Source: Verrucomicrobiaceae bacterium (GTDB lineage: Bacteria; Verrucomicrobiota; Verrucomicrobiia; Verrucomicrobiales; Akkermansiaceae). Taken from it: a stretch of 64,000 bases of DNA. Below the pieces are notes generated by a model. That model made no database searches, was not told where the DNA came from, and saw only the letters and a program-made list of their open reading frames with translations. The position numbers and the translations under genes are program-made. Within the stretch, counting starts at the first letter, position 1. Each line of letters opens with the position of its first letter. The stretch covers positions 192,001 through 256,000 of the forward strand of contig JBPOGH010000002.1 of assembly GCA_051252135.1 (NCBI GenBank). Direction: 5' to 3'. This document shows positions 57,228 through 64,000 of the stretch, in pieces.

Positions 57228-59012
57228 CTAAGCGTCTCTGAGTTTTTTACGCAGGACATCGCTGGTGATGTCTCCGGCGATGACGGCGGCGGCACCGAGG
57301 AGGGCGAAGTAGAGGATTTCGTCGTATTGGAGAAAGCTCTTCCGGATGGAGATGTAGTAGCCGAGGGAGCTGATGCCGAGCATGCCGAGGACGGTGGCTT
57401 CACGCATGCAGGATTCCCAACGGTAGAAGAAGAAGAGGATGAAGCGGTTGAGCGACATGGGGAGGAGGGCCCCGGTGAAGGCCTGGAGGCGGCCGCCGCC
57501 GAGGCGGAGGATTTCGCGGGGGGCGGAGGTGGGGCGGTTTTCGACGACTTCCCCCCAGAGGCGGCCGAGGATGCCGATGTTGTGAAGGGCGAGGGCGAAG
57601 ACGAGGGGCCAGGCGCTGGGGCCGAGGATGCCGACGAGGAGGAAGGCGTAGAGGTATTCGGGGACGGCGCGGGTGAGGACGAAGAAGCCGCGGACGGTGG
57701 AACCGAGAAGGGAGCGGAGTTTTCCGGTGGCCATGGTGAGGCCGAGGGGGTGTGGGGTGGCGAGGGTGCGGGTGGCCCAGGGGACGAGGAGGAGGGCGGC
57801 GGTGCCGGCGAGGATGATGGCGGCGATGGACATCGCGATGGTGTTGCCGAGGGCTTCGGCTCCGGGTTTTTCCCAGAGGTTGGTGATCCAGGGGAGGAGT
57901 TGGTCGGATCCGGCGTGCCAGGCGGCGGATCGTTCTTCCCAGGTGGGAACGTGTTGTGAGGGGGCGACGGGTTCAGGAGTGAGTTGGGCGAGGAAGCGGG
58001 AGAGGCGTTCGACGCGTTGACCTTCGATGCTGAATTTGAGGAGGGTGTCTCCGAGACTCCAGGAGAGGAGGATGGAGAGGAGAGCGGTGAGAGTGAGGGA
58101 GCGGACGAGGTGGTCTTTGGGGCGGGTTTTGCGGAGTTGGGGTTCGGTGGTGGCGGGGGTGGTGCGGGGGCGGCCGATGCGGAGGCGCTTGCGGACGAGG
58201 TTTCCGGTGGCCTCGACGGCGACGACGAGGAAGACGAGGACGTAGAGTTGGGTCCAGACTTCGCCGTAGTAGATGTTTTCAAAGGAGCGGCGGATGCCGA
58301 GGCCGATGGTCTCGATACCGATGAAGCCGAGGACGGCGGAGGAGCGGATGCAGCACTCGAAGCGGTAGAGGGTGTAGCTGATCATGTCCGGCAGGGCGGC
58401 GGGGAGGATGCCTCCGAGGAAGGCCTGGGCTCCGCTGCCACCGGAGGCGGCGATGACATCGCGTGCGGAGCGGTGTTGTTCGTCGATGAGTTCGGAGAAG
58501 ACCTTGCCGAGGATGGCGGCGGCGGGGATGCCGAGGGCAAGGCAGGCGGTGATGGGGGAGTCTCCTACGGCGGCGAGAAAGAGGAGGGCCCAGATGAGCT
58601 CGTGGATGGCGCGGAAGAAGGAGAGGGTGACGCGGAGGCCCCAGCGGAGGGCGTTGAAGAAGGGGCGGGTGCGATTTTTGGGAAGCCATTGTTCCGAGGC
58701 GAAGAGGCCGAGCAGGAAGCCGATGGGGATGGCCATGGACATGGCGATGATGGCGTAGCGGAGGGTGCGGATGAGGTCGGCCGCCATGCGCTCAAGGAAG
58801 GGCGTGGCGTCGGCGGGGAGGCTGGGGTTTTGGTCGGTGAAGGAGGGGGAGACGGCGGCGCTGAAGAAGCGGCTGGAGGCAGCCCAGGGATCGGCGGCAT
58901 CGGTGAGGTTAACGATTTGGGTGCCGAGTCTGGTGAGGGTCCAGAAGGAAAGGAGGGCGAGGATGACGAGGAGCCATCGTCGCCCGAAGATCATCCGCCA
59001 CGCGCCTTTCAT
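57228..59012 (-). CDS. phnE: PhnE/PtxC-family ABC permease, tandem duplicated
   Basis: Two units with R.I.EL.WAL / R.VPE....., YRFE..IR.S.VLG..G and YRWE...REATVLG..G. Confidence 0.88.
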   Translation of the reverse strand: MKGAWRMIFGRRWLLVILALLSFWTLTRLGTQIVNLTDAADPWAASSRFFSAAVSPSFTDQNPSLPADATPFLERMAADLIRTLRYAIIAMSMAIPIGFLLGLFASEQWLPKNRTRPFFNALRWGLRVTLSFFRAIHELIWALLFLAAVGDSPITACLALGIPAAAILGKVFSELIDEQHRSARDVIAASGGSGAQAFLGGILPAALPDMISYTLYRFECCIRSSAVLGFIGIETIGLGIRRSFENIYYGEVWTQLYVLVFLVVAVEATGNLVRKRLRIGRPRTTPATTEPQLRKTRPKDHLVRSLTLTALLSILLSWSLGDTLLKFSIEGQRVERLSRFLAQLTPEPVAPSQHVPTWEERSAAWHAGSDQLLPWITNLWEKPGAEALGNTIAMSIAAIILAGTAALLLVPWATRTLATPHPLGLTMATGKLRSLLGSTVRGFFVLTRAVPEYLYAFLLVGILGPSAWPLVFALALHNIGILGRLWGEVVENRPTSAPREILRLGGGRLQAFTGALLPMSLNRFILFFFYRWESCMREATVLGMLGISSLGYYISIRKSFLQYDEILYFALLGAAAVIAGDITSDVLRKKLRDA

Positions 59013-59743
59013 GACTGGTAGAGGTCGGCGATTTGTTGGTCGGTGGGTTGGCCGTCGAAGACGATGTGTCCTTCCCTGAGTCCGATGAGGCGGGGGAAGA
59101 ACTCGCGGGCAAGCTCGACCTGGTGGAGTGAGACGATGAGGGAGAGGCCTTGTTCATCGGAGAGAGAGGTGAGGAGCTCGAGGACGTCGCGGGCGCGGGC
59201 GGGATCGACGGCGCTGAGGGGTTCGTCTGCGAGGAGGATTTCGGCTCCTTGAAAGAGGGTGCGGGCGAGGGCGACGCGTTGTTGTTGTCCGCCGGAGAGG
59301 GAGTCGGTGCGGTCGTACATTTTCCCGGCGATATCGAGGCGGGAGAGGGAGTCGAAGATTTCCCGGCGATCGGCTTGGGAGGGGAGGAAGAGGTCGCGGC
59401 AGGTGCGGAGGAAGGAGCGGGAGCCGGAGCGTCCGAGGACGATGTTTTGGAGGACGCGGAGGTTGGCGACGAGGCCAAGGTCCTGGGGGAGCATGCCGAT
59501 ACGGCTGCGTGTGGTACGAAGTTCTTCCGATTTGGCGGAAGTGAGATCACACCCGAGGGTGGAGACCTGGCCGGAGCTGGGTGCTTCCTGCAGGCCGAGG
59601 AGGCGCAGGAGGGTGGTCTTGCCGCTGCCGGAGGGGCCGATGAGGGCAACCTTTTCACCGGGTTGCAAAGAGAGTGAGACCCCGGCCAAGGCCGAGGTCG
59701 CACCGTAACGCCGGGTGGCGTCTTTGATTTCAATTAGGCTCAT
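59009..59743 (-). CDS. phnC: PhnC-family ABC ATP-binding protein
   Basis: [39 protein letters not shown]. Confidence 0.9.
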   Translation of the reverse strand: MSLIEIKDATRRYGATSALAGVSLSLQPGEKVALIGPSGSGKTTLLRLLGLQEAPSSGQVSTLGCDLTSAKSEELRTTRSRIGMLPQDLGLVANLRVLQNIVLGRSGSRSFLRTCRDLFLPSQADRREIFDSLSRLDIAGKMYDRTDSLSGGQQQRVALARTLFQGAEILLADEPLSAVDPARARDVLELLTSLSDEQGLSLIVSLHQVELAREFFPRLIGLREGHIVFDGQPTDQQIADLYQS

Positions 59744-59763
59744 AGGGCCCAATGGGAAGGGAG

Positions 59764-60690
59764 TTAGTCGAACTTCACCTTTTCCATGACGGAGGCGATG
59801 CCGGCGAAGGTGTCGTTGTCGACCTTTACCAGTTTGTCACGTCCGAGCGCTTTGAGGGTGGCTGCGTCGTCACAGTTGACGAGGGCGTCCTGAAGCTTGT
59901 CGATGAATCCTTCACCGAAGGCTTTTTCAAGCGCGGGATGTGCGGTGAAGTTGTAGTCGGCATAGGGAGGGGTTTCCCAGATGACCTTGACCTTGGAGGG
60001 ATCGAGTTCTCCTGCGGCGATCATTTTATCGAAGGTCGAGAAGTTGAGGGCGCCGGCCTGGAAGGTGCCGTCCTGGACCTGGAGGGCGGTTTTGTCATGG
60101 GCGCCGGAGAAGCCGAGGGGTTTCTTTTGGAAGAAATCCATGGGGGCTTTGCCGGTGTTTTCCATGATGAAGTGGGAGGGCATGATGCAACCGGAGGTCG
60201 ATCCCGAGCTTCCGTAGGTGAAGGTCAGGTTGGCGATCTCAGCGGGGAAGCTATCGGAGCGCTCGAGTCCGGTGGAGGTGTGGGCAATGAAGTAGGATTT
60301 GAAGGCGAGGTCGGCCTCGCCAGCGGCGATGGCTTCAGCCCCATCGACGGCCTTGCGGGCGTCAACTCCGGAGACGCCTCCGAACCAGGCGAGGTGGATG
60401 TCGCCATTGGAGAATTTTTGAACCGAAGCACCGTAGTCGGCCGAGGGGACGAACTCGACCTTGATGCCGAGTTTTTCCGAGAGGTAGTCTGCGACAGGCT
60501 TGTATTTTTCAGCTTGGCCAGTGGTGTTCTCGTCAGGGATTGCGGAGAATCTGAGAACGGCGTCCGAGGCATCGGCCTCTTTTTTGCCGCAGCTGGTGAG
60601 AGCGAGAGCTGCTCCTGCAATGATGATGCCGCTTGCGCAGCCCTTCAACGTCTGGAAGATCGACCGATCTTCCGGCTTGAGTGAATTCAT
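59764..60690 (-). CDS. PhnD-like substrate-binding lipoprotein (putative selenate/phosphonate subtype)
   Basis: Lipobox LTSC; FSAIPD, LAWFGG.SGV.AR, STSG..MP, FSG.HD, W.TP.Y.DY. Confidence 0.88.
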   Translation of the reverse strand: MNSLKPEDRSIFQTLKGCASGIIIAGAALALTSCGKKEADASDAVLRFSAIPDENTTGQAEKYKPVADYLSEKLGIKVEFVPSADYGASVQKFSNGDIHLAWFGGVSGVDARKAVDGAEAIAAGEADLAFKSYFIAHTSTGLERSDSFPAEIANLTFTYGSSGSTSGCIMPSHFIMENTGKAPMDFFQKKPLGFSGAHDKTALQVQDGTFQAGALNFSTFDKMIAAGELDPSKVKVIWETPPYADYNFTAHPALEKAFGEGFIDKLQDALVNCDDAATLKALGRDKLVKVDNDTFAGIASVMEKVKFD

Positions 60691-60783
60691 GTATCTTTTT
60701 TTCGGGACGCAGAATCGGGACTGCGCTTGGGGGAGACCCTCATGTCTTTTGGGGCGGAGCGCAATGGTGAAAATAGATTCTCT

Positions 60784-62304
60784 TTAGCTGAATGCTTTCC
60801 AGAACGCGTCGGTTTGTTCCTGATCGGGGACGATTTCGAGAAGGAGTGGGCTGGTGGCGGTATCGAGGAGGTCAAAATCCTCGGTGCAGGTGATGCGGAG
60901 GTGTTGGAAATTCCACATTTCGGCCCATTTAGAGAAGTCGACGCTTTGTGGTTGGACGACGGCCTGGTGTTGGGCGGCGTCCATGCCTTCGAGCCGAGGG
61001 AGGCGTTCGAAGATGCGGCCGCCGTGGTTGTTGATGACGACGAGGACGCGGCCTTCGGTTTGGACCTGGGGGAAGAGGGCGGGGGCGGCGAGATCGTAGA
61101 GGGTGGTGAGGTCGCCGAAGACGCCCCAAGCATCGGGTTCTTCAGCGGTGGCGCCGAGCCAGGTGGAGATTTGTCCGTCGATGCCATTGGCTCCACGGTT
61201 GGCGCGGACGTTGGTGTAGGGTGTTCTGCGTTGGGCGAAGTCATTCCACTCGCGGATGGGCAGGCTGTTTCCGAGGAAGAGGCTTTCGCTGGTGGTGGCG
61301 TAGACGGAGAGGGTGCGGATGAGGCCGGGTTCGCTATCCGGGTAGCCCTCAAGGAGTTCGTCGGTGCGGGAGAGGGAGCGGCGTGCGGCGGGGAGGTCGT
61401 CATCGATGTCTCCGAGTTCGTCGACGTCGCCGTAACCGCGGATGACGCGACCGACCTCGGCGGCGATGACGCTGGAAGGGCGGGCGAGGCCGGGGAGGCC
61501 GTTGCGGGTGATGGAGAGGACGTCCACTTCGGGGTGGTCTTCGAGGTCACGCCAGAGTCGGCCGACGGGGACTTCGCCGAGGCGGAGAATTTTTCCGGGG
61601 AGTTTTTTCCGGACCACGGCATCCGGAATGATGAGGTGGTGGAGTGCTTCGCGGAGGCCGCTGGTGACATCAGCGACGACGGGGACGCCGAGGGTGTTGA
61701 GGAAGTGGTAGGTGTCCTCGCGGTCGTCTTCATCGAGGCCGCCAAGCATGACGATGAGTCCATCGATGAAGTTGGTGGTGATGAAGTCGCGGAGTTCGAG
61801 GACGGCGAAGGGTCGGCGTGCGGGGAGGAAGGGTTCGGCGGGAGGATGGGTAGCCGTTTTTTCGGGGAGAGTGGCCTCGCCGAGTTCGACATTGAGATGG
61901 AGGGGGCCGTGGCCTTTCCAATCGGGGCCGAGGTGAGCGTAGGTGGTGAAGATTCCTTCCTGTTCGATGGCTTGGGGAGCGCCGGTTCCGCGGTATTCTG
62001 CGGGGCGATCAGCGGAGACGATGATGAGGGGGAGGGCGGAGTAGTGGGCCTCGATGACGGCGGGGAGGCACTCGGCGACGGCGGTGCCGCTGGTGGTGAC
62101 GACGGCGCAGGGGAGGCCGGTGGCTTTGGTGCGTCCGAGGGCGAAGAAGGCAGCGCCGCGTTCCTCGAAGTGTGGGAAGATGCGGGTGGTGGGGTGATCG
62201 GTGAGAAGGCTGACGAGGACGGCGTTTCGTGCGCCTCCGCAGACTACGAATTCATCGCATCCCAGCGACAGGAGTTGAGCGACAATATCAGCTTCAGTAT
62301 TCAA
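60784..62304 (-). CDS. menD: SEPHCHC synthase
   Basis: G.RN, EERGAAFFALG, TTSGTA, SADRP, GAPQ.I.Q, GNS..IR, NRGANGIDG, GDL...YD, NN.GG.IF; TTG start approximate. Confidence 0.93.
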   Translation of the reverse strand: MNTEADIVAQLLSLGCDEFVVCGGARNAVLVSLLTDHPTTRIFPHFEERGAAFFALGRTKATGLPCAVVTTSGTAVAECLPAVIEAHYSALPLIIVSADRPAEYRGTGAPQAIEQEGIFTTYAHLGPDWKGHGPLHLNVELGEATLPEKTATHPPAEPFLPARRPFAVLELRDFITTNFIDGLIVMLGGLDEDDREDTYHFLNTLGVPVVADVTSGLREALHHLIIPDAVVRKKLPGKILRLGEVPVGRLWRDLEDHPEVDVLSITRNGLPGLARPSSVIAAEVGRVIRGYGDVDELGDIDDDLPAARRSLSRTDELLEGYPDSEPGLIRTLSVYATTSESLFLGNSLPIREWNDFAQRRTPYTNVRANRGANGIDGQISTWLGATAEEPDAWGVFGDLTTLYDLAAPALFPQVQTEGRVLVVINNHGGRIFERLPRLEGMDAAQHQAVVQPQSVDFSKWAEMWNFQHLRITCTEDFDLLDTATSPLLLEIVPDQEQTDAFWKAFS

Positions 62305-62451
62305 GAGGCGAACCCTGCCTTTGAATGGGCGTGGTGGCAAGAGTGGTGGTGAAAAGAGAGTTTTGGGCGGAGGTTTAACAAATCATTTGCGAGGGTGAAT
62401 CGTGTTGCTTGGGATTGACGCTTCAATTGGGGTGCTCCATTTTATGAATGG

Positions 62452-62889
62452 ATGATTACTGAAGAGGATGAGGAGCGGACGGATGCGGTTGAGCAAATTT
62501 GCCTCCGGTGTGGCGGGGTGAATGATGAGCGGGCATCGCGGTGCGGGAGTTGCCGCGCGCCGCTGGATGATTTTGCGGCGAGTTCGCCATGGGAGATGGG
62601 GAAGGTGGCGGGCGGAGGGTATGCCGATCCGGTGAGTCCGCGTACCAAGCCGGTGATTTTTTACGGTGTGTGGGCTTATTTTGGGCCGACGGGTCTGTTC
62701 TCCATCTGGGCGATTTATCAAACGCTCAGTGATTTGCTGACTGGTGAAGTGGCTGGGAATTTGGAGACGTTTTTACCGTTCCTCCTCAGTCTTGTTTATG
62801 GGGCGCTGAGCGCGTGGGCGCTGTGGGCGGTAACCAAGGGGTATCTTGGCGCGGACGAGAAGAATGAAGATTCCGAAGCGGAGTTGTGA
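62452..62889 (+). CDS. Hypothetical protein with zinc ribbon and two TM helices
   Basis: CLRC-N10-CGSC followed by hydrophobic segments. Confidence 0.7.
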   Translation: MITEEDEERTDAVEQICLRCGGVNDERASRCGSCRAPLDDFAASSPWEMGKVAGGGYADPVSPRTKPVIFYGVWAYFGPTGLFSIWAIYQTLSDLLTGEVAGNLETFLPFLLSLVYGALSAWALWAVTKGYLGADEKNEDSEAEL

Positions 62890-64000
62890 CTACATTACCG
62901 CGAACTTGAGTTCGGCGCTGGAGACGATCTGTCCGTTGACGGAGCAGGTGGCAACGGCTTGGCCGATGTTGCGGCGCATGTTGGTGATTTCAGCGTCGAT
63001 AAAGAGGGTGTCACCGGGGACGACGGGTTTGCGGAATTTGACTTTGTCCGCGCTGAGGAAGTAGCCGATTTTTCCCTGATTGTCAGGGAGACGCATGATG
63101 AGGACGGAGGCGGTTTGTGCCATGGCCTCGAGTTGGAGAACGCCGGGCATGACGGGGTGACCGGGGAAGTGCCCCTGGAAGAATTCCTCGTTCATGGTGA
63201 GGTTCTTGATGGCGGTGCACTTGAGGTCGGAGGAGAAGCCGGTGACGCGATCGATGAGGAGGAAAGGATAGCGATGGGGAAGAATGCGAAGGATGTCTTC
63301 CGGTCCGAGGACGGCCTCGGCCTCCGGGATTTTGAGCGGTGGAACCATGGCACGCATGGCGGCGTATTCCTTCTTAATGGACGTGGCCATTTGGGTGTTG
63401 GGTCCGTGACCCGGGGCGACGGCGATGACGTGGCCGTTGAATTTTTTACCGGAGAGCATGAGGTCACCGATAAGGTCGAGGGCCTTGTGGCGGGCGAACT
63501 CGTTATCGAAGCGCATGGGCTCTTTGGACATGATCTCGTCTCCGCGAACGACGACGGCGTTTTCAAGGGAGCCGCCTTTGATGAGGCCTTTGTCGAGGAG
63601 AGGTTTGATGTCCTCGTAGAAGGTGAAGGTGCGGGCGGGAGCGATCTCTTTTTCGTAGGTCTCGGGATTTACGACAGAGGAGAAGTATTGCACGAAACGA
63701 CCGTCTTTTCCGATGTTGGTAACGGAGACGCGGAACTCCTTATCAGGCACGATGGTGATGAGGGAGCCGTTTCCAATATCGATGTGGATTGGCTCGCGAA
63801 TTTCCCAGATTTGGCGTGGGGTGGATTGCTCCTGGAGGCCGGCTTTTTTAATGAGCTCAACGTAAGGGCGGGATGAGCCGTCGCCGATGGGAGGTTCGTT
63901 GGCGTCCATTTCGATGAGGGCGTTGTCGACCCCGAGTCCGACGAGTGCCGAAAGGACGTGCTCTACTGTATGAACGCGGACCGAGCCCTCGGCAAGGGTG
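62890..64000 (-). CDS. lpxC: Bifunctional LpxC/FabZ (5' end outside the window)
   Basis: HTVEHVLSAL (read upstream of the track start), EPPIGDGS, ARTF, RHKALDLIGDL, GH; then FabZ LPHRYPFLLIDR, GHFPGHPVMPGVL. Confidence 0.95.
   Translation of the reverse strand, partial: TLAEGSVRVHTVEHVLSALVGLGVDNALIEMDANEPPIGDGSSRPYVELIKKAGLQEQSTPRQIWEIREPIHIDIGNGSLITIVPDKEFRVSVTNIGKDGRFVQYFSSVVNPETYEKEIAPARTFTFYEDIKPLLDKGLIKGGSLENAVVVRGDEIMSKEPMRFDNEFARHKALDLIGDLMLSGKKFNGHVIAVAPGHGPNTQMATSIKKEYAAMRAMVPPLKIPEAEAVLGPEDILRILPHRYPFLLIDRVTGFSSDLKCTAIKNLTMNEEFFQGHFPGHPVMPGVLQLEAMAQTASVLIMRLPDNQGKIGYFLSADKVKFRKPVVPGDTLFIDAEITNMRRNIGQAVATCSVNGQIVSSAELKFAVM

Noticed and set aside
57228..59012. Double-length PhnE as a novelty
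   Set aside because: Tandem-fused PhnE permeases are common
62890..64000. LpxC-FabZ fusion as a novelty
   Set aside because: Known fusion in several phyla; the truncation is only the window edge
1..64000. tRNA, rRNA, IS elements, prophage, CRISPR arrays
   Set aside because: No cloverleaf, rRNA signature, transposase, integrase, phage gene or regularly spaced repeat seen; inspection was by eye only

Overview
Gene-dense, GC-rich bacterial chromosome segment, most likely from a Verrucomicrobiales member (inferred from PEP-CTERM proteins, a PVC-type heme-binding CxxCH protein, an LpxC-FabZ fusion and several sulfatases). About 56 protein genes are supported. Housekeeping genes: hisG, malQ, GTP-PEPCK, rpmH-rnpA-yidD-yidC, ileS, tsaB, citrate synthase, menD, lpxC/fabZ (truncated), an fpg/nei glycosylase and a 34-aa bS22-like ribosomal protein missing from the ORF track. 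Pathway clusters: a carboxy(nor)spermidine polyamine operon, a porin-pstSCAB-phoU locus with PHO-box-like 11-bp repeats and a very large PstC, and a phnDCE-like ABC transporter. Glycan-related genes: GH16, a beta-helix enzyme and two sulfatases. There is also a lone AT-rich FRG-domain gene. The best candidate for an undescribed system is an aquaglyceroporin fused in frame to an intact EEP phosphoesterase domain, overlapping a PaaK-like adenylating ligase gene (49.4-52.2 kb). I found no rRNA, tRNA, CRISPR array, transposase or integrase. All calls come from motif recognition by eye; no searches were run.
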